DNA from: Candidatus Acetothermia bacterium | Lineage (GTDB): Bacteria; Bipolaricaulota; Bipolaricaulia; M55B111 | DNA length: 34,159 nt | Direction: 5' to 3' | NCBI GenBank assembly: GCA_046543235.1 | Contig: JBKGZT010000007.1 | Span: 1 to 34,159, forward strand | Part shown: piece after piece, positions 17,217 through 26,034 of the stretch | Layout of the letters: the number at the start of each line of letters is the position of its first letter | Position numbering within the stretch: position 1 is the stretch's first letter | The notes under the pieces: generated by a model | Seen by the model: only the letters and a program-made list of their open reading frames with translations | What the model was told of the DNA's origin: nothing | Database searches by the model: none | Translations under genes and position numbers: made by a program

Positions 17217-17241
17217 CCCCTCCCCCGAAACGAGGGAGGGG
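17217..17241. terminator. Hairpin between convergent mobA and fdhA
   Basis: CCCCTCCC ... GGGAGGGG stem around a CGAAACG loop region. Confidence 0.55.
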
Positions 17242-17250
17242 TTGAACAGT

Positions 17251-19965
17251 TTAGCTTAGCTTCTCTATTTTGACTGCGGCTACCTTTAGTTCGGGTATTT
17301 TGGCTATCGGATCGAGTACTGAATTGGTCAGTCTGTTGGCTGCCGCTTCCGCGAAATGGAAGGGGACGAAGATCGTCCCTTCCGGCACCCTGTCGGTTAC
17401 CTTGGTGTTTATCTCTATCTCTCCTCTGCGGGAGCTGATCTTGACTTTTTCTCCTTCTTCGACCTCCAGCGAATCCGCGTCCGCCGGGTTCATTTCCACG
17501 TAAGCCTCGGGTACCAATTCGTCCAGTCCTTTGGATCTACCCGTCATCGATCTGGTGTGGAAGTGGTAGTACATCCGTCCCGTCGTCAGGGTCATCGGGT
17601 ACTCCTCATCCGGGACCTCTGCCGGTTCGCGGTAGCTGATAGCGTGGAACTTGCCCTTGCCCCGGCTGAACTCGCCTTCATGGAGAAACTTGGTGCCCGG
17701 ATCGTCTTCGTCCCGGCAGGGCCACTGCAGCCCCTGTTTGTCTTTAATCCTATCGGAGGTAATTCCACCGTATATTGGCGTGACTTCGGTAATTTCGTCC
17801 GTGATCTCCATTGCCGAGTTGTAGTCCATCGGGTAACCCATCCTGGTGCTCAGCTCCGAGATGATCTCCCAGTCGGGTTTGGTGTTACCTTTAGGTTCGA
17901 GGGCCCTGTTTAACTTCTGGATTCTCCTCTCGGAGTTGGTGAACGAGCCCTCCGTCTCCGCGAAGCTGGCGGCCGGCAGGACGACGTCGGCGTATTCCGC
18001 CGTCTCGGTCAGGAATATATCCTGGACCGCCAGGAAGTCCAGCTTCTCCAGAGCGTCCTCTACGTGGCCGATATCGGGATCGCTGACCATCGGGTTCTCG
18101 CCCATGATGTACATTCCCCGGACGTCGCCCTCCTCGGCGGCGTTCATCATTTCGACCACGGTCAGGCCGGGTTCGGGTGATTGGTCAACTCCCCAGGCTT
18201 CTTCGAACTTTTCCTGGTTTTCATCAACGTCGACGTTCTGGTAGCCCGGATATACGTTGGGCAAAGCTCCGAGATCGCAGGCGCCCTGAACGTTGTTCTG
18301 TCCGCGCAGCGGGTTGACGCCGGTCGATTCCCTTCCGACGTTGCCGGTAACCATGGCCAGGTTGGCCACCGATAGGACGTTGTCCGTGCCGTGGCTGTGC
18401 TGGGTAATTCCCATGGCAAAGAGTATCGACGCTTTTTCTGCCTCGCCGTACATACGGGCTGCCTCTCTCAGTTTTTGTTCGGGGATTCCGGCGATTTCTT
18501 CTACTTTCTCGGGCGGGAACTCCTGTGCAGCTTCCTTCATTGCTTCGAAGTTCTCGGTTCTTTCTTCGATGAAGTCCTCGTCAGCCAGTCCTTCCTCGAG
18601 TATTATATTGATCATTCCCATGAGCCAGGCGACGTCGGTCCCGGAGTTCTGTCGGAGGTGGATGTCGGCGTCACCCTCCTGTACCAGCTCTATCTCCCTT
18701 GGATCCGCGACGATCAGGTTTGCACCCTCCTCTACGGCTTTCTTCACCTCCAGGCCGATTACCGGGTGTGATTCCGTCGTGTTGGAACCGGTAACCAGGA
18801 TCGTGTCAGCGCCCCTGATTTCTCCTATTGAATTCGTCATTGCTCCGCTACCAAAGGCCCGTACCAGGCCGGCTACCGTCGAGGAGTGGCAGAGCCGGGC
18901 GCAGTGGTCGACGCTGTTGGTACCTATCGTAGCCCTCATGAACTTCTGGAAGAGGTAGTTCTCCTCGTTAGTACAGGTTGCCGAAGAGAGGCCGGCTATA
19001 GCGTCGGACCCGCTCTCTTCCTTTATGTCTCCGAGCTCCTCGCTGACCAGGTCGAGTGCTTCCTCCCAGGAAGCCTCTCTGAACTCGCCGTCCTCCTTTA
19101 TCAGCGGTTCGGTTAGTCTGTCGTCACGGTTTACAAAGTCGAAACCGAACCTACCTTTGCTACATAGACGTATATCGTTTGCCGGTGCTTCCGGGTCCGG
19201 TGCCACGTCGACGACTTCTCCGTCCCTCGTTTTGACTTCCATCCGGCAGCCGACGCCGCAGTACGTGCAGATAGTGGACGTAGATTCTACTTCGTTGGGG
19301 TTTCCTTTTTCGAGCCTCATATTCGAGGTCAGAGCACCGGAAGGACAGGCGTCGACGCACTGGCCGCAGAACTGGCATGTGCCTTCGGTGAGTGAGCGAT
19401 CAAGAGGGGGTGCTACCTTCGTTTCAAATCCCCTGTTTACGAAATCTATCGCCGAGCGCCCTCTGATCTCGTCACAGGCTCTGACACAACGGCCACAGAG
19501 AATGCACTTGTCGTGGTCGAGCTCGAAGAACGGGTTGTCGTCCATCTTGGGATGGGACCGTTCTTCGCCCTCGAACCTTTCGGGGTTGAGATCGTATTGA
19601 CTGGCCAGTTCAGCCAGCTCGCATCGTGTTTCATCGCCCTTACACTCGGTATCGACTTCCGTATTTGACAACAACAGTTCCAGGTTTAGTTTTCGGGACC
19701 GCTCCAGACGTTCATTTTCTGTCTCAACTTCCATCCCGTCACTGGCCGGTTGAGTGCATGAAGTTACTACTTCGTCCGAATTAACGAGCTCTACCAGGCA
19801 CATCCGGCAAGCTCCGGTCGGCTCCAGCTGATCCATGTCACAGAGAGTTGGTATTTCTATCCCATTCTTTTTGGCTACGTCGAGGACCGTGTCTCCCTTC
19901 TCTCCAGTGACTTCTTCCCCATCTATCTTCATTTCTAAACTCTTAGTTTTCGTCGTTTTGGCCAT
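17251..19965 (-). CDS. fdhA: Formate dehydrogenase alpha subunit (Mo/W-bis-PGD, Cys-ligated) with N-terminal Fe-S domains
   Basis: N-terminal [2Fe-2S] (IPTLC..GACRMC..SC), CILCGRCVRAC, CQFCGQCVDACP, CTYCGVGC..C-SKG, DHCARLCHSST (TGC Cys, not TGA), PLRGQNNVQGACD. Confidence 0.95.
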   Translation of the reverse strand: MAKTTKTKSLEMKIDGEEVTGEKGDTVLDVAKKNGIEIPTLCDMDQLEPTGACRMCLVELVNSDEVVTSCTQPASDGMEVETENERLERSRKLNLELLLSNTEVDTECKGDETRCELAELASQYDLNPERFEGEERSHPKMDDNPFFELDHDKCILCGRCVRACDEIRGRSAIDFVNRGFETKVAPPLDRSLTEGTCQFCGQCVDACPSGALTSNMRLEKGNPNEVESTSTICTYCGVGCRMEVKTRDGEVVDVAPDPEAPANDIRLCSKGRFGFDFVNRDDRLTEPLIKEDGEFREASWEEALDLVSEELGDIKEESGSDAIAGLSSATCTNEENYLFQKFMRATIGTNSVDHCARLCHSSTVAGLVRAFGSGAMTNSIGEIRGADTILVTGSNTTESHPVIGLEVKKAVEEGANLIVADPREIELVQEGDADIHLRQNSGTDVAWLMGMINIILEEGLADEDFIEERTENFEAMKEAAQEFPPEKVEEIAGIPEQKLREAARMYGEAEKASILFAMGITQHSHGTDNVLSVANLAMVTGNVGRESTGVNPLRGQNNVQGACDLGALPNVYPGYQNVDVDENQEKFEEAWGVDQSPEPGLTVVEMMNAAEEGDVRGMYIMGENPMVSDPDIGHVEDALEKLDFLAVQDIFLTETAEYADVVLPAASFAETEGSFTNSERRIQKLNRALEPKGNTKPDWEIISELSTRMGYPMDYNSAMEITDEITEVTPIYGGITSDRIKDKQGLQWPCRDEDDPGTKFLHEGEFSRGKGKFHAISYREPAEVPDEEYPMTLTTGRMYYHFHTRSMTGRSKGLDELVPEAYVEMNPADADSLEVEEGEKVKISSRRGEIEINTKVTDRVPEGTIFVPFHFAEAAANRLTNSVLDPIAKIPELKVAAVKIEKLS

Positions 19966-19986
19966 ATTTCCTCCTTGGCAGTATTG

Positions 19987-21663
19987 TTATTGCTCGAAAC
20001 ATACGCCGGCTGGACAGTTTCCTTTCAGGTGAGCTTCGTACTCATCCCTGAAATATCTGAGTGTCGAAAGAACCGGGTTGGGTGCGGTCTGACCCAATCC
20101 GCAAAGAGAAGATTCTTTGACGTAGTGGGAAAGTTCTTCTAGACGTTCGATGTCTTCTTCCGTTCCTTCTCCGTCTGTCAGCCTTTCGAGAATTTCGAGC
20201 ATTTTCTTCGTACCGTCGCGGCATGGGGTACACTTGCCGCAGGATTCATCCTGTATAAAGTTGAGGAAGAATCGGGCTACTTCTACCAGACAGGTATCTT
20301 CGTCCATAACTATTAGACCGCCGGAACCCATTATCGACCCCGCATCCTGCAGGGATTCGTAGTCGATCGGAAGCTCAAACTTCTCCTTTGGAATGACGCC
20401 TCCGGAGGGGCCACCAGTCTGAACGGCTTTTATCGACCCGCGCTCGGTATCGCCTATCTTGTACACTATTTCCTCGATTGTCGTACCCATGGGGACTTCT
20501 ACTAGCCCCGTATTTTCAATGTCACCGGTAAGCGAGAAAACCTTTGTCCCCTTGCTGTTTTCCGTACCGATCGCGGAAAACCAATCCGCTCCTTCGGAAA
20601 GGACGGTCGTAACGTTTGCCCAAGTCTCTACGTTATTGATATTCGTTGGCTGGCCCCACAAGCCGGATTGGGCGGGAAACGGCGGTCTCGGATCGGGCAT
20701 GCCCCTCTTCGACTCAATAGAGGCGATCAGGGCGGTTTCCTCGCCACAAACGAAGGCGCCAGCTCCCTGTTTGATATCAAGCTCGAAGTCAAATCCGGAG
20801 CCCATTATGTCTTCCCCGAGGAGACCGTGTTCTTTTGCCAGATCTATCGCTTTTTTCAACCGGTCTATCGCCACGGGGTACTCAGCTCGAACGTAGATGT
20901 AGCCCTGGCTGGCTCCGATGGCGTAGGCTCCGATCGTCATCCCTTCCAGAACCGAGAAAGGATCACCTTCCAGTATGCTCCGGTCCATATAGGCACCCGG
21001 ATCGCCCTCGTCAGCATTGCAGATAACGTATTTTTGTTTGCCTTCCTCTTTCCTGGCAAATTCCCACTTCTTGCCAGTGGGAAACCCGGCTCCACCACGT
21101 CCCCGGAGCTGAGAAGACTTGACTTCCTCTATTACTTCCTCCGGATTGAACCGGTTCAGAGCTTTCCAGAGCCCCAGGTATCCGTCTTTTGCCACGTACT
21201 CTTCAAGTTTTTCCGGGTCGATAACTCCGCTGTTTTTCAGTACCAGCTTTCTTTGGGACTCGTAAAAGCTCAATGAGTTTAGTGTCTCCGAATCGGCGCT
21301 CTTACCATGGCCGTTTTCTCTTCGTCCCAAAACACCTTCCCTGTAGGTTTCCCCCTTGATTAGAGAATCTGCTATCTTGGCAGCTCTATTTTCGTTCACT
21401 TCCTCGTAGATTAGGGAACCACCTTTCGGCTCATCGACTTCTACTAGTGGTTCCTTGGCACAGAAACCGAGGCATCCGGTCTTTTCTACGGATATGCCCT
21501 CCTGGTCTCCGAGCCTATCCATCAGTTTGTCGTAAACTTTATCTCCTCCGGCGGCTTTACCACAAGATGCCAGGCCTACCTTAACCTTTGTATTCTCGGA
21601 TTCAAGGGAATTTAACCCTTTTTCTTTCAGTTCTTCTAAATTCTCCTTGCTGGTAACTTTCAT
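19987..21663 (-). CDS. nuoF: NuoF/HydB-like FMN- and NAD(H)-binding beta subunit of the FDH complex
   Basis: LRGRGGAGFPTG, CNADEGDPGAYMDR, GAGAFVCGEETAL, GGPSGG, ESCGKCTPCRDG, SLCGLGQ. N-terminal thioredoxin-like domain. Ends at CPAGVCFEQ. Confidence 0.93.
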   Translation of the reverse strand: MKVTSKENLEELKEKGLNSLESENTKVKVGLASCGKAAGGDKVYDKLMDRLGDQEGISVEKTGCLGFCAKEPLVEVDEPKGGSLIYEEVNENRAAKIADSLIKGETYREGVLGRRENGHGKSADSETLNSLSFYESQRKLVLKNSGVIDPEKLEEYVAKDGYLGLWKALNRFNPEEVIEEVKSSQLRGRGGAGFPTGKKWEFARKEEGKQKYVICNADEGDPGAYMDRSILEGDPFSVLEGMTIGAYAIGASQGYIYVRAEYPVAIDRLKKAIDLAKEHGLLGEDIMGSGFDFELDIKQGAGAFVCGEETALIASIESKRGMPDPRPPFPAQSGLWGQPTNINNVETWANVTTVLSEGADWFSAIGTENSKGTKVFSLTGDIENTGLVEVPMGTTIEEIVYKIGDTERGSIKAVQTGGPSGGVIPKEKFELPIDYESLQDAGSIMGSGGLIVMDEDTCLVEVARFFLNFIQDESCGKCTPCRDGTKKMLEILERLTDGEGTEEDIERLEELSHYVKESSLCGLGQTAPNPVLSTLRYFRDEYEAHLKGNCPAGVCFEQ

Positions 21664-22142
21664 TCGTATTCCTCCAGAACTTCTTTTGCCTTTTTAGGGT
21701 CCAGGTTGCCGTGGACGTTTTCATCTACCATCATAACCGGAGCTAGGCTGCATGCTCCCAGGCAGCGAACATTTGTTAGAGTGAATTTCCCATCGTCAGT
21801 AACTTCACCGGCAGTTACGTCCAGTTCCCGTTTGAGCTCGTCGAATATCTCGTCGGCTCCCTTAATATGACAGGCCGTTCCCTGGCATATTTTTATCGTA
21901 TGTTCACCCTGGGGCTCCAGATAAAATTGAGAATAGAATGTTGCTATACCTGTCACGTTTGCCAGCGGGGTGCCGGTATGTTCGGAAATGGCCTCTAGTG
22001 CTTCCTCCGGTAGATAGCCTTCACTCTTCTGTATGGTTTGTAGTGCCGGGATGACTGATTCCCTCTCTTTTGGTAATTCTTTTAACATCTCATTGTAGGC
22101 CGGAGTGGTAGCCTCTTTTGTTTCTCCAGTACTAGTGCTCAT
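21660..22142 (-). CDS. nuoE: NuoE/HydC-like [2Fe-2S] gamma subunit
   Basis: GYLP, ATFYSQF, CQGTAC, RCLGACSLAP. SD GAGGAGG. 4-nt overlap with the beta gene. Confidence 0.93.
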   Translation of the reverse strand: MSTSTGETKEATTPAYNEMLKELPKERESVIPALQTIQKSEGYLPEEALEAISEHTGTPLANVTGIATFYSQFYLEPQGEHTIKICQGTACHIKGADEIFDELKRELDVTAGEVTDDGKFTLTNVRCLGACSLAPVMMVDENVHGNLDPKKAKEVLEEYE

Positions 22143-22184
22143 AAATCCTCCTCTTAGTTTACCTAGGATTAATGCTTCTTATGT

Positions 22185-22904
22185 TCACTTAATAGAATCC
22201 GAACTGTAGTCCTCAAACTCACCGTCTTTTAGGTTCATAGCTAGTTCCGAAAGTTTTTCAGTTGTTTCCTTAAAAATTTCCTTCCCTTTTTCTTCCGTGG
22301 CTCCCGTTGGATCACCTACAACCCCGTCTTCGGTAAAGAGACTGGTGTCGTAATCTACCCTGGTGCCTCCGAGACTTCTGCCCCATGAATCAGCCCCTTC
22401 CCGCCCCTCGTTGCCGACCAGTTCCTCCTGAAGGTAAAGCACGAGTGACGTTTCGAGTTTTCCGGCGTGGCCCATCTCTTTTGCGGATATCGCGTCGAAC
22501 CAGGTCCATTCCAGGGCCAGGATGTTTAGGTCGTGGTAAAGGTCTTGACAGACCTCCCTTATAGAGGATACGTTGCCCCCGTGCCCGTTCACGACCACGA
22601 ACTTTTCCACTCCGCTTTCATTTGCCGAAAGGATCTCTTCCTTCAGTTGTCTACGGAAAGTTTCCGGGGAAAGGTAAAGCGTTCCCGGAAAGCTAGAGTG
22701 CTCCCTCGATACGCCGACCTTCATGGACGGAAGCAGGAGCGTTCCGGTATCCTCAGCCGCCCGCTCGGCGATTTTTTCGGCTATCAAGCTGTCGGTACAC
22801 AAGGGACAATGTGGCCCATGCTGTTCGGTACTGCCCGCCGGCAGAAGGGCGACCTCTGGGCCCGCTTCCTCAAATTCAGTCCAGCTCATTTCCCCTAATT
22901 TCAT
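22185..22904 (-). CDS. Creatininase-family amidohydrolase (creatinine amidohydrolase / formamide hydrolase-like)
   Basis: GSTEQHGPHCPLCTD, SREHSSFPGT, NGHGGN, GHAGKLETS, GVVGDP..AT.EKG. Confidence 0.9.
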   Translation of the reverse strand: MKLGEMSWTEFEEAGPEVALLPAGSTEQHGPHCPLCTDSLIAEKIAERAAEDTGTLLLPSMKVGVSREHSSFPGTLYLSPETFRRQLKEEILSANESGVEKFVVVNGHGGNVSSIREVCQDLYHDLNILALEWTWFDAISAKEMGHAGKLETSLVLYLQEELVGNEGREGADSWGRSLGGTRVDYDTSLFTEDGVVGDPTGATEEKGKEIFKETTEKLSELAMNLKDGEFEDYSSDSIK

Positions 22905-22959
22905 TTCTTCTCCCGGTTTGAGTTAAATTTTATGGGAGTCACTAGAATTAATTTATTGC

Positions 22960-22988
22960 ATGTTATCGCACATAATGAACTCGGTCAA
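22960..22988 (-). promoter_or_regulatory. Putative sigma70-type promoter of the creatininase-family/FDH operon
   Basis: Minus strand TTGACC-N17-TAACAT, about 55 bp upstream of the 22904 start. Confidence 0.5.
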
Positions 22989-23134
22989 CTAAGCTGGTCG
23001 TTAATATAAGCACGAAGTTGGCGGCTTGCAACTCCCCTGCGGAGACCCACGGCCTTGCAAAAGCGGGACGGGACGGTCAAAATGAATGGACTTTCCCGAA
23101 TTGGTTGCTAAATCCGAGGTGGTAGTTAGCCCAG

Positions 23135-25060
23135 ATGAGTTACGCAATTGGAGTCGATACCGGCGATACTTTTACAGACGCTGTGCTTTTCGATCTCATG
23201 AGGGAGCAGGTGGGTTCCGTAGCAAAGGTCCCGACCACCCACGGGGACCTCTCCCGAGGAATATTTAACGCCCTCGACTCGGTAATGGCCGGAGCAAAAG
23301 AAGAAGAAATTGTCCAGGTTTCTCTTTCTTCAACACTGGCCACCAACGCGATAGTCGAGGACAGAGGGGGTCCGGTAGGCTTGCTGGCGCTCGGCTGGAA
23401 GCCGGGCGCAGAAAGGGAGTTTCCCAGGTCGAAAAAGGCCTACGTTCCCGGGAGGTTCAACGCCCGGGGCGAGGAGGTAGAGCCCCTCAGAACCGATCCG
23501 ATCCGGGAGATCGTCAGTGACTGGGAAGACGAGGTAGTTGGGTTCGCCGTCTCCGGCTATTTTTCCGTTCGAAATCCTGAGCATGAAAAAGAAGTCAAGC
23601 TGGTCCTCAATGAAGCCACGGATAAACCCGTCGTTACCGGGCACGAACTATCCTTGGAGCTAGGGTTTTACGAACGGGGTGTGACGGCGGTCTTAAATGT
23701 AAAAGTAATTCCGATAATAAACTCCTTCCTCGATAGTGCGGAGGCGGCACTGCGGGAGAGGGGGATCGACGCACCCGTTACGATGATGAAAAGTGACGGT
23801 TCTCTCGCAAGCTCCAGTGAGATCAGGAAGAAGCCTATCGAGACGGTGTTTTCGGGACCCGCGGCGAGCGTGATAGGAGCCCGATGGCTGTCCGGTAGAG
23901 AGGACGGCGTAGTGGTAGATATCGGAGGTACCACCGTTGATATCGGTATCCTTCGTGAGGGATTACCGAGCCTGGACGAAACCGGCGTTCAGGTAGGTAA
24001 GTGGCGAACCAAGGTAAAGTCACTTGATCTGCATACCGTCGGCCTCGGGGGAGATAGCCAGGTTAAAGTCGATGAAGAAGGTAATTTTCATTTTGGCCCG
24101 GAGACCGCTAAACCGCTGGCATTTGCGGATTTATCAGCAAAGGAATTGGAAAGGGTGGAGACTTTCGAAGATCCAACTTTTTTAAAAAAAAGCCAAACAC
24201 CGGAGGGGCCAGGAGAACAACTGGGCAGGGCAGCCCGGAGGTTTTACGATTTGATCGGCGAAGGCCTCGTCAACAGGCAGGAGCTGTTGAACCGGGCGCG
24301 GGAGGAAGGCTTAATTCGAAATAGCTACTATCTGAGAAAGCTAGAGAGGCTCGGGTACGTTCGGAGAAGGGGCCCCACTCCGACGGATCTGCTTCACGTT
24401 ACCGGGAAATATACGGCCGGCGACGGGACGGCTTCCCGGCTGGGGTTAGAAGCCCTTTCCGAGGACGGGAGACCTGAAACGGATGAATTCGCCGGTATGC
24501 TCAGATCAAAATTCGAAGGTGCTATCTCCGAAGAGATAATCAAGAGGTTCGTGCTCGATTCCTACCCGGAATGTGACTTCGGGGATTCCCTTATCTGGGA
24601 TTACTGTAGAGGGAATAGCGGTAAGGAGGGGTTGTCCGTAAACTTCGTCCTGGACCTTCCTTTGATCGGGGTCGGCGCGCCGGCTGACGCGTTTCTTCCC
24701 CGTGTGGCCTCCCGATTGGACGGCGAGTTCGTAGAGGTTGAAAATTACCAGGTTGGCAACGCAGTTGGCACCGTTACCGGCAGGATAACCAGGAGGTTTG
24801 AGGTTCCTCTCGTGGAAAACCCCGAGACCGAAGAGTTCTTATTGTTCCTCCCGGACCGAAGGGAGATTATCGAAGAAGATGATGAGGAGTTGGCCCTTGA
24901 GGAGGCGAAGAATTGTGCCCGGGAGAGCGCGAGGAGAATGGTCGAGGCTGCCGGGGGGCGAAATATAGAGATAAGTGTGGAGGCAGACGATATTATTCAC
25001 GGACGGTCGACAGTCAGCGCCATCGCGGTCGGACAACCCAACTTAAAATGGGTGAATTAA
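23135..25060 (+). CDS. Hydantoinase A / oxoprolinase family protein
   Basis: IGVDTGDTFTDA, KVPTT, STLATNAIVE, FSVRNPEHE, ERGVTAVLN, SGPAAS, DIGGTTVDI, GLGGDS, TPTD, GNAVG. Confidence 0.88.
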   Translation: MSYAIGVDTGDTFTDAVLFDLMREQVGSVAKVPTTHGDLSRGIFNALDSVMAGAKEEEIVQVSLSSTLATNAIVEDRGGPVGLLALGWKPGAEREFPRSKKAYVPGRFNARGEEVEPLRTDPIREIVSDWEDEVVGFAVSGYFSVRNPEHEKEVKLVLNEATDKPVVTGHELSLELGFYERGVTAVLNVKVIPIINSFLDSAEAALRERGIDAPVTMMKSDGSLASSSEIRKKPIETVFSGPAASVIGARWLSGREDGVVVDIGGTTVDIGILREGLPSLDETGVQVGKWRTKVKSLDLHTVGLGGDSQVKVDEEGNFHFGPETAKPLAFADLSAKELERVETFEDPTFLKKSQTPEGPGEQLGRAARRFYDLIGEGLVNRQELLNRAREEGLIRNSYYLRKLERLGYVRRRGPTPTDLLHVTGKYTAGDGTASRLGLEALSEDGRPETDEFAGMLRSKFEGAISEEIIKRFVLDSYPECDFGDSLIWDYCRGNSGKEGLSVNFVLDLPLIGVGAPADAFLPRVASRLDGEFVEVENYQVGNAVGTVTGRITRRFEVPLVENPETEEFLLFLPDRREIIEEDDEELALEEAKNCARESARRMVEAAGGRNIEISVEADDIIHGRSTVSAIAVGQPNLKWVN

Positions 25061-25066
25061 GGTAGT

Positions 25067-25108
25067 TTGACGCGAGAGAGAAAAGATTTTATTATATAGC
25101 CAGTATAT
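25067..25108 (+). promoter_or_regulatory. gntR promoter with an overlapping degenerate operator
   Basis: TTGACG(25067-25072)-N17-TATTAT(25090-25095). The operator-like TTATAT-AGCCA-GTATAT at 25092-25108 overlaps the -10. Confidence 0.6.
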
Positions 25109-25242
25109 TGCACTTTTTGTGGGGGATATAATGACGCGCTATGCCAGAGATCGAGGGGATTCTGACCGGTACGAACTAACTTTACGGCTATGACAGGTTC
25201 GAGTAGTTTCGGTTGTTATTTAGATTGTGAAAGGAGTAAGTG

Positions 25243-25884
25243 ATGGACAGAGAAGACGTTCTCGAGATCTTGAAGGAGAGAATTGTCTACCTGGATTACG
25301 AGCCGGGAAAGCAACTCAGGGAAAAGGAGCTACGGGAGGAGTTCGACATCGGTAGGACTCCGCTGAGGGAGATATTTATAAAACTCGAAAGCGAAGGACT
25401 GATCACCACAGTTCCTCATAGCGGTACCTACGTTTCTACCGTCAGCTTTCACGAACTCAGGGATTTATTCGAGGTAAGGAGTTATCTAATAAGTCTTGCC
25501 GGAAAGCTCGCCGCACGGAGGATTAATGAAGGAGAGCTCGAAGAGCTGAGGGAACACTTAAAAGAAATGGAAGACGTGGAAGAGCCGAAAAAGCTGATGA
25601 AGATGGATTCACAGGCACATGAAATGGTAAACAGGGCGACCAAAAACGGCGTGCTTGCCGAGAGCTTGAAGAAGCTTAGGGAACAATCAGTAAGGATATG
25701 GGTTTTTCCGAGAACAAAGAAGTTCATGAACAACTTCAAGGATGAGTTCTCGGGGCTTGTAAAGGCTCTAGAGGAAGGAGATGAAGCCCGCAGCGGCAAG
25801 ATACTCGCTTCTCACATGGAAGACTTTATCGACGAGATCAAAGAGCAGTTTATCAGCGAGAGTCACGTGGATTATGATGTCTGA
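25243..25884 (+). CDS. GntR-family transcriptional regulator (FCD effector domain)
   Basis: PGKQLRE..L..EF.IGRTPLRE...L..EGL......GTYV winged HTH and ELRDLFEVR..L, followed by a helical FCD with His residues. Start is GTG 25240 or ATG 25243. Confidence 0.93.
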   Translation: MDREDVLEILKERIVYLDYEPGKQLREKELREEFDIGRTPLREIFIKLESEGLITTVPHSGTYVSTVSFHELRDLFEVRSYLISLAGKLAARRINEGELEELREHLKEMEDVEEPKKLMKMDSQAHEMVNRATKNGVLAESLKKLREQSVRIWVFPRTKKFMNNFKDEFSGLVKALEEGDEARSGKILASHMEDFIDEIKEQFISESHVDYDV

Positions 25885-25958
25885 AAGGGGGGTGGTGAAA
25901 AGTACCGAATAAAGATTTTTTGGTGGGTAGTAAAACTTAGACGGGATAAGGGTGGAAT

Positions 25959-26003
25959 TTGCAATTTTTTTTGACTCAGGTTAATATACTGAATGTATAT
26001 CGG
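25959..26003 (+). promoter_or_regulatory. Promoter and palindromic operator upstream of the methyltransferase pair
   Basis: TTGCAA(25959-25964)-N17-TAATAT(25982-25987). Perfect ATATAC-TGAAT-GTATAT at 25984-26000, followed by CGG. Confidence 0.7.
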
Positions 26004-26034
26004 TCTAATAAATTAAAAGAACCTGGAGGTCTTT

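Noticed and set aside
18880-18910. Selenocysteine in FdhA
   Set aside because: The active-site codon is TGC (Cys) in CARLCH, and the frame has no internal TGA.
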